Positions 21,475 through 30,627 of a stretch of DNA of 64,000 nucleotides are shown here, piece by piece. How positions within the stretch are numbered: position 1 is the first letter of the stretch; every line of letters begins with the position of its first letter. This DNA is from Nitrospinales bacterium. Lineage in GTDB: Bacteria > Nitrospinota > Nitrospinia > Nitrospinales > VA-1. The DNA is taken from the NCBI GenBank assembly GCA_965262115.1, contig OZ253496.1, positions 1,856,001 through 1,920,000 on the forward strand, written 5' to 3'. The translations under genes were made by a program, and so were the position numbers. The notes under the pieces were generated by a model. The model saw only the letters and a list, made by a program, of their open reading frames with translations. It was not told where the DNA came from and did no database searches.

Positions 21475-22863
21475 ATGAGTACCCGGACCGAAACCGACAG
21501 CATGGGAGAGATCGATGTCCCGGCCAGCAGTTACTATGGAGCTCAAACCGCGCGATCATTGATCCACTTTGATATTGGCACCGAGACCATGCCACGCGAA
21601 ATTCTCCGGGGAATGGGCATCCTGAAAAAGGCTTCTGCCATGGTCAATGCCGAGTTAGGGCTCATGCCTGAAAATTTCAAAGACCTGATCTGCCAAGCCG
21701 CCGATGAAGTGATCGAAGGGACACTGGATGAACATTTTCCTCTCAGGGTTTGGCAAACCGGTAGCGGAACCCAGTCCAACATGAACACCAACGAAGTCAT
21801 CGCCAACCGGGCTATTGAAATAGTGGGCGGGACCATCGGCTCCAAGGACCCGGTGCACCCCAACGATCATGTTAATATGGGCCAGTCTTCCAACGACACC
21901 TTTCCCACCGCCATGCATATTGCAGCGGTGGAGCGCATTCGTGACACGCTCATCCCCTCTATATCGACTTTAGCCGGATCATTCCGTAAAAAAACCGACG
22001 AGTTTCAAGACATCATAAAAATCGGCCGCACTCATCTGATGGATGCCACCCCGCTCACTCTGGGCCAGGAGTTCAGCGGATACACGACTCAGTTGGAATA
22101 TGCACTCGACCGCATTAACAATTGCATGCCCAGAATGTATCAAATCGCGCTGGGTGGAACCGCAGTGGGAACCGGCCTGAACTCGCACAAGGATTTCGCC
22201 GTGAAAGTTGCAAAACAAATTGCCGATCTCACCGGCTGTCCCTTTGTCACCGCGCCCAATAAATTTGAGTCCCTCGCGGCGCACGATGCCATTGTCGAGA
22301 CTAGCGGCGTTTTAAAAACCATCGCCTGTTCACTCATGAAAATCGCCAACGATATTCGCTGGCTCGGGTCCGGTCCGCGATGCGGAATCGGGGAAATCGT
22401 TTTACCGGCCAATGAACCGGGAAGCTCGATCATGCCGGGCAAAGTCAACCCGACCCAGTCTGAAGCAATGACCATGGTTGCGGCGCAAGTGATCGGCAAT
22501 GACACCACCATCAATGTCGGGGGATCCTCCGGAAATTTCGAACTCAATGTTTTCAAACCGGTGATGATTTACAATCTTCTGCAGTCCATTCGCCTGCTTG
22601 CCGATTCCTGCCGGTCTTTCAACGACCATTGCGTGGTGGGCATTGAGCCTAATAAAATACAGATCGAAAAACATCTTAATGGCTCGTTCATGCTGGTCAC
22701 AGCCCTCAATCCGCATATCGGCTATGACAACGCGGCGAAGGTGGCCAAGAAGGCCTATCAGGATAACAGCACTTTGAAAGAAGCGGCGGCGGCTTTGAAC
22801 CTGCTCACGCCGGAGGAGTTTGACGAAAAAGTGCGACCTGAAAAAATGACCGGCCCAAAATAA
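21475..22863 (+). CDS. fumC: class II fumarate hydratase
   Basis: [36 protein letters not shown]. Confidence 0.97.
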   Translation: MSTRTETDSMGEIDVPASSYYGAQTARSLIHFDIGTETMPREILRGMGILKKASAMVNAELGLMPENFKDLICQAADEVIEGTLDEHFPLRVWQTGSGTQSNMNTNEVIANRAIEIVGGTIGSKDPVHPNDHVNMGQSSNDTFPTAMHIAAVERIRDTLIPSISTLAGSFRKKTDEFQDIIKIGRTHLMDATPLTLGQEFSGYTTQLEYALDRINNCMPRMYQIALGGTAVGTGLNSHKDFAVKVAKQIADLTGCPFVTAPNKFESLAAHDAIVETSGVLKTIACSLMKIANDIRWLGSGPRCGIGEIVLPANEPGSSIMPGKVNPTQSEAMTMVAAQVIGNDTTINVGGSSGNFELNVFKPVMIYNLLQSIRLLADSCRSFNDHCVVGIEPNKIQIEKHLNGSFMLVTALNPHIGYDNAAKVAKKAYQDNSTLKEAAAALNLLTPEEFDEKVRPEKMTGPK

Positions 22864-22870
22864 AGGATTG

Positions 22871-22898
22871 CTTGAGATTTATAACTTGAGATTTATAA
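22871..22898 (+). repeat. 14-bp tandem duplication
   Basis: cttgagatttataa twice in tandem. Confidence 0.7.
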
Positions 22899-22914
22899 AT
22901 TGTGAGGTCCCAAA

Positions 22915-23574
22915 ATGAAAAATGTCCTCAGTCCATCCCGAAGAAATTTTCTAAAAAGTTCCGTGGCACTGGGAAGCCTGCTCGGCGCTGAATTCCTGAA
23001 CCCGCTCCCCGCCTTTCCGGCTTGCATCCCAACCCCATGGGAAACTCCGGGTCCCTTTTATCCCAGGACATTTCCACTGGACTACGATAATGATCTTACT
23101 TTTTTGAAAAGCAAAGCAGACAAAGCTCAGGGAGATATTATTTTTATCGAAGGAGTGGTTCGGGATGAGAAATGCCGACCTGTTCCCGGAGCATCAGTAG
23201 AAATCTGGCAAGCATGTGCTACGGGAAAATATAATCACCCGGAAGATCGAAACTCCGCAGAACTCGACCCGCATTTCCAATATTTGGGGAAGGCCATTTC
23301 CAATGATAAAGGTGAATATGGCTTTAAAACTATAAAGCCTGGTTCTTATCCTGTCAGTTGGTTCTGGACGCGCCCACCGCATATTCACTTTGCGGTTCAC
23401 TCCCGCAATTTTCATCCTTTTACCACCCAAATGTACTTTTTGGGAGAACCGTTAAATAAAAAGGACCGCCTTCTGGGGAACCACCCCAAGGAAGAACAGG
23501 AGCGATACATTGTTCCCTTTCAGGAAATCCACGACATTCGATTGGGAAAATTGGACCTGACCCTGAAAAAATGA
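22915..23574 (+). CDS. intradiol ring-cleavage dioxygenase family protein with Tat signal
   Basis: SRRNFLK Tat motif; GPFY, VEIWQA...G.Y, TIKPG.Y, RPPHIHF. Confidence 0.87.
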   Translation: MKNVLSPSRRNFLKSSVALGSLLGAEFLNPLPAFPACIPTPWETPGPFYPRTFPLDYDNDLTFLKSKADKAQGDIIFIEGVVRDEKCRPVPGASVEIWQACATGKYNHPEDRNSAELDPHFQYLGKAISNDKGEYGFKTIKPGSYPVSWFWTRPPHIHFAVHSRNFHPFTTQMYFLGEPLNKKDRLLGNHPKEEQERYIVPFQEIHDIRLGKLDLTLKK

Positions 23575-23602
23575 CCGTCCCCAAGGGATAAAGGAGGAAG
23601 AT

Positions 23603-23686
23603 ATGTTTCAAAACTGGGAAAATTTTATAGGAATTATTGTCGTGCTCGCCATCCTGCTTCCCATTATTCTGAAGAAAATGTATTGA
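23603..23686 (+). CDS. 27-aa single-TM small protein
   Basis: AAGGAGG Shine-Dalgarno, then MFQNWENFIGIIVVLAILLPIILKKMY. Below the ORF track length cutoff. Confidence 0.5.
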   Translation: MFQNWENFIGIIVVLAILLPIILKKMY

Positions 23687-23696
23687 AAGGGATTCC

Positions 23697-24098
23697 TCAC
23701 AAAGAGGAAGGCTGACTGTTTAAATTGCTCGAAGAAACTACTCCGAGAAACACCCCATTCTGGTTGGTCACCGCCATAAAATCCACATCATTTTCCGCCA
23801 TGATTTCTGCCGCTTGGCCCTCAGATTCACTGTCCTTAATCGTCAGCAGAGGCTCCATATATTCGCGGATTGTAGAACCCGACATATCCTCCGACTTGTA
23901 ATTTTCCAGTAACTGACTCACCGCGATAATGCCTGCCATTTTATCTTCATGCTGAACGAACTGTCGATAAACCCGCTGGGTAAAACTGTTAAGAATGGTT
24001 GAACCGAGACCTCCACTGCCTCCGATCATTGAGTCGCCCTCCACCAAAAGGATGTTTAAAATTGGGCTATTCCATGCCCTATACATCCTTAACGGCAT
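23697..24098 (-). CDS. CBS-domain-like protein (start uncertain)
   Basis: C-terminal IREYM.P..TI...AAEIM.......V.N..G..LGVVS pattern. Confidence 0.5.
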   Translation of the reverse strand: MPLRMYRAWNSPILNILLVEGDSMIGGSGGLGSTILNSFTQRVYRQFVQHEDKMAGIIAVSQLLENYKSEDMSGSTIREYMEPLLTIKDSESEGQAAEIMAENDVDFMAVTNQNGVFLGVVSSSNLNSQPSSL

Positions 24099-24265
24099 CC
24101 GCGAAAAAGGCCGTAAGCTTTTATTTGAAAAGGGTTATAGCAATCGCTAAATCAATGACTTTCCCACCCCCTAGGCGGAGTACCTCCGCTGGGTAGTGGC
24201 AATGGCTTTTTACCGCTAGCAACAATTCTCTTTGCCTAACGGGTTCCTGCTAGTTGGCTCCACGC

Positions 24266-25276
24266 CTAGTGGTAATGGAACATCTGGTTGACGCATTGGA
24301 GGGCGCGCTGCTGGGTTTCCGGGTCGAGGGTGATGGTGTTTTCTGGACCGGGGTTTTCGAGGACGTTGAGTATACCTTCCAAAGAATTGGACTTCATATA
24401 TTTGCAGAGTGTACAACTTCCGGCAAAGGTTTTTTGCGGGAACTCGGATTGCAGAACACCGGTCAACCCGCACTCCGTCACCAGAAAAAAGGAGTCGCCG
24501 CTGGATTCTCTTACATGGTTGAGCATCTGGCTAGTGCTTCCCACATAATCGGCCTTACCCACCACCGAAGAACTGCATTCGGGGTGAACGAGAATTTCCA
24601 CACCCTCAAAGTTTCTCCGCACCTGGTCTATACTTTCCGGCTGATATTCTTCATGAACGTAGCAGGTGCCATCCCAGAGCTGGATATCCTTATTCAGACC
24701 CTTGGATTTGAAATGGTTGATCACATTTTCACCCATGAGCCGGTCGGGCAGAAAATAAATCTTGTTATTGGGAATTTTTTCAATAATAGAGTAAACATTC
24801 GAAGAGGTGACGCACACATCACACTGGGCTTTCACCTCGGCGGTCGTGTTGATGTAGCAAACGAAGGTGTGATCGGAAAACTCTTTGCGGAGCCTTATGA
24901 CATCTTCTGCCGTTATGCCGTCGGCCAGGGAGCAACCGCCATTGGGATTGGGATCAAGCACAGTTTTTTGAGGATTGAGAATCTTGGCGGTCTCAGCCAT
25001 AAAGCGCACCGCCGCAAAAACGATGACATCGGCATTGGATTCCTTAGCTTTTTTCGACAGGCCATAAGAGTCGCCGGTGTGATCGGCAACACTGTAATAA
25101 ATTTGCGGCGCGACATAATTATGCGCGAGGATGATGGCATTTTTTTCGCACTTGAGGTATTCAATCTTTCTGATGGTGGGTAGCAACAACTCGCAATTTT
25201 CCTGAGTGAACTTGCAAATAGGATTGCCCACCTGAATATCTTTAAGCTTTTCGTATAATTGTTCTGCGGTAACCAT
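24266..25276 (-). CDS. nadA: quinolinate synthase
   Basis: ILAHNY, GDS, VRFMAET, GCSLA, YINT, C.VH, HPEC, GSTS, C.YMK. Confidence 0.95.
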   Translation of the reverse strand: MVTAEQLYEKLKDIQVGNPICKFTQENCELLLPTIRKIEYLKCEKNAIILAHNYVAPQIYYSVADHTGDSYGLSKKAKESNADVIVFAAVRFMAETAKILNPQKTVLDPNPNGGCSLADGITAEDVIRLRKEFSDHTFVCYINTTAEVKAQCDVCVTSSNVYSIIEKIPNNKIYFLPDRLMGENVINHFKSKGLNKDIQLWDGTCYVHEEYQPESIDQVRRNFEGVEILVHPECSSSVVGKADYVGSTSQMLNHVRESSGDSFFLVTECGLTGVLQSEFPQKTFAGSCTLCKYMKSNSLEGILNVLENPGPENTITLDPETQQRALQCVNQMFHYH

Positions 25277-25464
25277 AAGTTTTCCTTACCGGCATGGGCG
25301 GCGAACCGCCGCTGGCAACTAGCAATATCTTTTATCTTGCCTCAAACGGTTTCTCGGCTTAAGGACAAGCAGTCAAACAATGGCTCTTTAAGCCGAGACA
25401 ACTCTTTGCCAGCCAAACAAAGCTATTGCTCATCATGGTCCAGCGTCACGCTGGCGCCAAGTGG

Positions 25465-25809
25465 CTAACCCGGCGGCCAGTTCATGGCGCGACCGCCTAA
25501 AAGATGATAATGAATATGATACACCGACTGCCCGGCCCCGGCACCACAATTGACCACCAACCGAAACCCTGATTTATCGAGGCCCCTTTCCTTCGCCAGT
25601 TGGTTTGCCACACTGATCACCGAACCCATCAACGTATGATCCTTCTCCTCGACATCCAGCAAGGTAGCCTGATGGATTCGAGGGATGATCAGGATATGCG
25701 TAGGAGCTTGCGGGTTAATATCATTGATCGCGAACAAGGCGTCCGATTCATAAACCTTATCTGAAGAGATGGTCCCCTCGCTGATTTTGCAGAACAGGCA
25801 ATCACTCAT
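25465..25809 (-). CDS. histidine triad (HIT) nucleotide-binding protein
   Basis: DCLFCKI, DINPQAPTH, AGQSVYHIHYHLLGG. Confidence 0.93.
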   Translation of the reverse strand: MSDCLFCKISEGTISSDKVYESDALFAINDINPQAPTHILIIPRIHQATLLDVEEKDHTLMGSVISVANQLAKERGLDKSGFRLVVNCGAGAGQSVYHIHYHLLGGRAMNWPPG

Positions 25810-27304
25810 AAGGTTTTTTTCCGCGTCGCTCCGGGTTTCCTATATCCTGTTTATTTTCCTGGTGGGGCAGAGAATCAAACTGCTCAAGATGCTCTATAAT
25901 TTCTTCTTTATAGGAGATAAATGGATCGAGCATCAGAAACGGTTCGTCAGTTTTACTCAGGCGAAATCCGATCCAGTCTATGAGATAACCCATGTGGGAA
26001 TGCTGGTTCATGAGCCTTTTAACAAGCTCTCCCCGGCCATGCGCACGGGTTCCTCTTGGAGGATTGACTTTTGAGAAGTCGACAGCCTCATCGGTAGTTT
26101 TGCGGTAACCATCGCCACTGGCTTCCAATCCCCAGAACAAACCGGTTTCCTTATTCAGGTTATGGTATTCCAGATCCAGGCTTTTGAGCCAGGGGTCATG
26201 CCATTCCAGGTTTTCTTCGTTTCTAAACTCGTTGAGCATCCAATACTTGCTGGCCCAGTCCACTCGGCCGATCACCGCTTCCGGTCCTTTAGGTAAATCG
26301 GCCAAGACCGATTCCCAGCCCTCCAGAATCCAGCCGGTCTCCCGATTTGTCCCGGCCAGATGTTCCTTACAGGTATTTAAAATATCCCATTGCAGCTCCA
26401 GAGCGGTGGAAGATTTTCCCGAAGCCAGCTTCACCTCCCATTTAAAATCCGGATCGCGGGAAATGGAACGCATGGCAAAAACCGAGTCCGCAAGAATCCA
26501 TTCCCGTTTGGCGACGCCCAACTGCATGATTTCCAGCATGAGGGTTGTGGTTCCCATTTTCATGGCGGTGGCAAACTCACTCATCGTCGAGTCACCAACC
26601 AAAAGATGAATGCGCCGGTATTTGCTCGGGTCCGACAATGGCTCGTCGCGGGTATTGACAATCGCCCGGTTATATTGCACCCACCGGTAAAATTCATTGG
26701 GAATATGGTCAGCCCTTTGTGACAGCTGAAAGTTCACCTCATCGCCCTGGTTTTCATAAGGCGTGATGCCATCCCAATCCCGAAACGGGTGGGGATCGCA
26801 GGAACCGATGCGGCCCGCACCGCAATAAATCAGTCGAGTGGTTAAAAAGGAAGAAAGCAGTTTCAGGTTGTCGCGCTCATCGAAAGGGAATCCTCTACTG
26901 ACCAGATAATTCTCGTGGCAGCCGAACGTCGCGCTGGTTTCAAGATCCACATTGTTCTTGATGAACGAAACATGATCGGCCCAGCCCAACTCCTCTACCG
27001 CTTCCTGAATCAGCGTGTCGCCGGCGCGGTCAAAAGTCACCAGGTCAACAAGATTGGAACATTCCGGAGAGGCGTATTCCAAATGCCCCATGTCGAGATA
27101 CAAGCGCCCACCGTTAAGCAGAAACCCGCCGTTACCGGGGGGCTCATCGTTAGCGCGGTAGTGAAGGTCCAGCACACCATGATTTTTTGAGAAAACATGG
27201 TTCTTGACCTTGTTGGCCACTTCCATGGAATCGAGAGGGAACTCTGTATCATTTTTGATCAGCAGGCCGTATTCCGTTTCGATACCGTAGATGCGCTTTT
27301 TCAT
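25802..27304 (-). CDS. pafA: Pup/UBact-protein ligase PafA
   Basis: GIETEYG, NGGRLYLD.GH.EYA, KNNVD...GCHENY, NTRDEP, LDLEYH. Confidence 0.88.
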   Translation of the reverse strand: MKKRIYGIETEYGLLIKNDTEFPLDSMEVANKVKNHVFSKNHGVLDLHYRANDEPPGNGGFLLNGGRLYLDMGHLEYASPECSNLVDLVTFDRAGDTLIQEAVEELGWADHVSFIKNNVDLETSATFGCHENYLVSRGFPFDERDNLKLLSSFLTTRLIYCGAGRIGSCDPHPFRDWDGITPYENQGDEVNFQLSQRADHIPNEFYRWVQYNRAIVNTRDEPLSDPSKYRRIHLLVGDSTMSEFATAMKMGTTTLMLEIMQLGVAKREWILADSVFAMRSISRDPDFKWEVKLASGKSSTALELQWDILNTCKEHLAGTNRETGWILEGWESVLADLPKGPEAVIGRVDWASKYWMLNEFRNEENLEWHDPWLKSLDLEYHNLNKETGLFWGLEASGDGYRKTTDEAVDFSKVNPPRGTRAHGRGELVKRLMNQHSHMGYLIDWIGFRLSKTDEPFLMLDPFISYKEEIIEHLEQFDSLPHQENKQDIGNPERRGKKPYE

Positions 27305-27323
27305 TTCAGGGTGCCTTTTATAT

Positions 27324-28124
27324 TTAACCTCTCTTAAGAGAGGATTTACATAGTTTCGCCAGATCCTTATCGTTCAAAAACTGGTACCCCGCCTCGGTGA
27401 CCAATGCCACGGTAGGAAAAATTTCATCTTCCGGACGGGCTTTGCCGGTTGCAGAATCAAACTGTGCCGCAGTCTGCAAAAGCCGGATGGCCAAGGTGAC
27501 CGCATCGCTTTCCGACCTTTCTACCAGAGGCTTTTCTCCCCAGAGGTCTTCATGTTCCAGAATTCCCCGAATGGTCGGCGAACCAGAGCCGGTCGCGGTA
27601 TGGGTGCTGATCCTGAAATCGGCTCCCAACATATCGTAAAAATGTATCGCCGCCTTTTTAGATTTCAAATCATAAGTGGCAAATATAGGACTCACCGCGC
27701 CCAACCCCTGCACCGCCATCCCGACATTCTCTTTCAGCAGTTTTGATAAGGCGCGGATTTTCCCTTCCACACTCATGGTCTGCATCTGCGACCGCCGGTA
27801 GTATTCAAAATTATGCGTGAGAACCCGTGCCATCTCGAAAGCCGTAGCAGGAACCCCGGCAATCGCCATGAGCGTATAATCGTCGATGGGAATGACCTTG
27901 TCGCAACGTTCATACATGATACTGTTGCCCGCCGTGGCCCGTCGGTCCCCGGCAACAATCACGCCATTCCTAAAGTGGAAGGCGAGAACCGTGGTGCCCT
28001 GCGTTACTGCAATGCCGCTTGGCGCCTGCGAAGAATCAATGCGGGTATGCCAGCGATAGCCGGATTTTTCCAGTAGCTCGAAAAAATCTCCGGGCGAAGT
28101 ATGAGGATCTGTTTGAAAACTCAT
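27324..28124 (-). CDS. prcB: 20S proteasome beta subunit
   Basis: Propeptide then G|TTVLA, AGDRRAT, GSGS, DSATG. Confidence 0.9.
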   Translation of the reverse strand: MSFQTDPHTSPGDFFELLEKSGYRWHTRIDSSQAPSGIAVTQGTTVLAFHFRNGVIVAGDRRATAGNSIMYERCDKVIPIDDYTLMAIAGVPATAFEMARVLTHNFEYYRRSQMQTMSVEGKIRALSKLLKENVGMAVQGLGAVSPIFATYDLKSKKAAIHFYDMLGADFRISTHTATGSGSPTIRGILEHEDLWGEKPLVERSESDAVTLAIRLLQTAAQFDSATGKARPEDEIFPTVALVTEAGYQFLNDKDLAKLCKSSLKRG

Positions 28125-28297
28125 TGACCGGTTCTCTGTTTGTATTTTTCAGATTGTTTCGGGTCCACCTTTTTCATCCGCTTCAAAAGATTATCCTTTC
28201 CCGGCCGTGAAGGTTCCGGGCTGGAAGGGCCGGAATCATCGCGATCTGGACTGGTTTCTTTTTTTTCTTCCCTTCTCAGGGGATCATTCATTTCCAT
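28121..28297 (-). CDS. ubact: ubiquitin-like protein UBact (Pup analogue), 58 aa
   Basis: Not in the ORF track. AGGAG RBS, then MEMNDPLRREEKKETSPDRDDSGPSSPEPSRPGKDNLLKRMKKVDPKQSEKYKQRTGQ with C-terminal RTGQ. Stop overlaps the prcB start (ATGA). Confidence 0.92.
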   Translation of the reverse strand: MEMNDPLRREEKKETSPDRDDSGPSSPEPSRPGKDNLLKRMKKVDPKQSEKYKQRTGQ

Positions 28298-28347
28298 GGG
28301 ATCAACTCCTTTTGTTGCCAGGCCGTTTCTGCCTCTTCACCCGAGCA

Positions 28348-29082
28348 TTAACCGACCGATGATTTTAACTTACCAATATCTTCTTTCGTAAGCGCTCTGT
28401 AAATGGCTCTTCGCTCCACCTTTCCCGATAACACGGCGGCCTCAAGATACCATTGATCAAAAGCCTCTTTCAAAGTCTTGGGCATATTTTCATCGTCTTC
28501 TTCCTGCTTTCTACTTTCATCCCAAAGGTGGCAGGTTTCCTTTAAAGCTTTATTCAGCGGAAACGTCGCAAAGGGGGTATCCTGAATTTTTTTCTGCACC
28601 TCCTCCATGACTTTTTCATTACCGGCGATAACGGTTCCATTTTTAAATGTTTCCCAATGTCCATCATAGTTCACACGAAAAAAGTGAGGATGGCCATCAC
28701 CGTCCAGTTCAGCAAGAAGAAGGCGAATGATATAAGGAGCCCGTTGGATTTCCTCAAAATTCTGTTTGAGTGCGGGAGCGATGCCAAACTGCAGCAACCT
28801 TGCCAATGTCACATCTTGAGCCGAACGGTTGAATCCTTCCAGATGCGCCATATCCAAAAGCGTCATGCGCAGCCGTTCCACATCAGCAGGGTGACCCACG
28901 CCGCCCAGGGCGATGCGGTCATAGACTTCGAATATTTTTCCCGGCTGGGGAGCAAACCCCATAATCAGCACCCCTTCATTGAAAGGAACCGACAATACCG
29001 GCTGACCCATTTTCAGCTTTTCCTGAACATAACTGTGGCGGGTGGAAACCGCTTCCATCCAGCGATACGGCTCTTCAAACAT
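28348..29082 (-). CDS. prcA: 20S proteasome alpha subunit
   Basis: KIFEVYDRIA..GVG...D...LR, ++DVT, APY...LLLAE; operon context. Confidence 0.85.
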   Translation of the reverse strand: MFEEPYRWMEAVSTRHSYVQEKLKMGQPVLSVPFNEGVLIMGFAPQPGKIFEVYDRIALGGVGHPADVERLRMTLLDMAHLEGFNRSAQDVTLARLLQFGIAPALKQNFEEIQRAPYIIRLLLAELDGDGHPHFFRVNYDGHWETFKNGTVIAGNEKVMEEVQKKIQDTPFATFPLNKALKETCHLWDESRKQEEDDENMPKTLKEAFDQWYLEAAVLSGKVERRAIYRALTKEDIGKLKSSVG

Positions 29083-29166
29083 TTTTAACTGTCCCCTCTA
29101 GTCCCATAGCGAGTTTTCCCTTAAAATGAGGATACTTAAAAACCCCTTCACTCTTCCTCTGTTGTG

Positions 29167-30627
29167 CTAAACCAGTTGTTTGCTGGAGTTGAGAATCTCT
29201 TCAACCTCTTCGGAGCCAATGACTCCGGTCAAATCGAGAATCTCTCCGTTCATAAACTCAACTCCGGTCCAATGAATGCTTTTTATTTTCTCCGCTCCTT
29301 GAGCCACCGCCTGCCCTCTTATCTGGGCACGGGTTCCTGTTGGAGGCGACTCAACAGCCCGGGCGATTTCTTCTTCACTGAGCAGGGAATAAACATCCCC
29401 CTCCTGCTGCAATCCCAGATACAATCCGCGATCAGGGTCCAGATTATGGTATTCCAAATCCAGGCTCTTGAGCAAGGGGTCCTCCCAGCCAATGCCCTCG
29501 GACTGCATGAACCCGGTAAATAGTTTTTCCTTGATCGCCCAGTCGATGCGATCCGAAAGTTTTTCCGGACTGTGCCGAAGTTCATCCAGTGTCTTTTTCC
29601 ATTCCGCAAGAATCCAGTCCCACTCGCGATCCTTTCCGGCAAAGGCTTTTTCTACCGCCTCTAAATACGCTTCCTGAATCTCAAGAGCCGTGATAGTACC
29701 ACTAGTCTTGCGACGTAAAACTGCAGTTTTGTCGAGAGACACTCTTAACACATCGGCCACTGGGTCCGCCAATTCCAAATGGAGAAGTTTCTCCTCACGG
29801 GCGATCAGATTGAGAACCAGCGATGTACTCCCCACCTTCAGGGCCGTGGCATAAGCGGACATATTGGCATCGCCGAGAATTAAATGCAAACGCCGATACC
29901 GACTGCTCACCGCATGCGGTTCGTCCCGGGTATTGATGAGGGGACGCTTCGTCATGGTCTCGATGCTTAAAACTGTCTCGATAAAGTCGGACCGCTGGGC
30001 CAACTGCAACCCCTGAAAATCACTAGCGTTTTCTGATCCCACTTTTCCTGCCCCGGCATACAACTGGCGCGTCACCAGAAAAGGAGCCAGCCCTTTTACC
30101 ACATCTTCGAAGGGAGTTTCTCTGGGGATGAGATAGTTATCATGAGTTCCATAACTATGGCCGCTGTAATCGGTATTATTTTTGAACACCTGAAGCGGTT
30201 TGCCCTCCAGCTCGCGGTTGCGAATGGCCACGCATTCGGCGACAATCCGCTCGCCCGCCACATCGTGCGCAACCAGAGATAACACCGACCGGCATTCCGG
30301 GGTGCTGTATTCTGGATGAGTATGATCATTATAAAACCGGGCACCATTTGTCAAAACCCGGTCGCACTTCATATCTAAATAAGAATAAGGCCTTTTACGA
30401 TCTTCGGCGCAAAAGGCATCTTCTTCTTCATCCTGAGCCAAAGACCCCACCCGAAACCCACGCATATCCAGATGCGAGTTCTCCTGCGAGTAGGCCCATT
30501 TGCCAAACACGCTTTTGCGTTCGCAGGCCTTTAAAAGTTTCATGGACTCTTCAACCGGGTCGGAATTTTCCATATCTTCCCGGACTATCCCATACTCGGT
30601 CTCCATACCCAGGAGAGAAACACTCAT
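29167..30627 (-). CDS. dop: depupylase/deamidase Dop
   Basis: GMETEYG, LTNGARFY.DH.HPEYSTPEC, SYGTHDNY, TRDEPHA, RLHLILGDAN. Confidence 0.88.
   Translation of the reverse strand: MSVSLLGMETEYGIVREDMENSDPVEESMKLLKACERKSVFGKWAYSQENSHLDMRGFRVGSLAQDEEEDAFCAEDRKRPYSYLDMKCDRVLTNGARFYNDHTHPEYSTPECRSVLSLVAHDVAGERIVAECVAIRNRELEGKPLQVFKNNTDYSGHSYGTHDNYLIPRETPFEDVVKGLAPFLVTRQLYAGAGKVGSENASDFQGLQLAQRSDFIETVLSIETMTKRPLINTRDEPHAVSSRYRRLHLILGDANMSAYATALKVGSTSLVLNLIAREEKLLHLELADPVADVLRVSLDKTAVLRRKTSGTITALEIQEAYLEAVEKAFAGKDREWDWILAEWKKTLDELRHSPEKLSDRIDWAIKEKLFTGFMQSEGIGWEDPLLKSLDLEYHNLDPDRGLYLGLQQEGDVYSLLSEEEIARAVESPPTGTRAQIRGQAVAQGAEKIKSIHWTGVEFMNGEILDLTGVIGSEEVEEILNSSKQLV

Noticed and set aside
24254..25183. 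309-aa plus-strand ORF
   Set aside because: Antisense shadow of nadA with no recognisable motif. The same applies to most short overlapping ORFs in the track, e.g. 13253-13990, 15317-16063 and 31020-31640.
28140..28391. 83-aa plus-strand ORF between prcA and prcB
   Set aside because: Antisense to the real ubact gene, which has an RBS and the RTGQ end.
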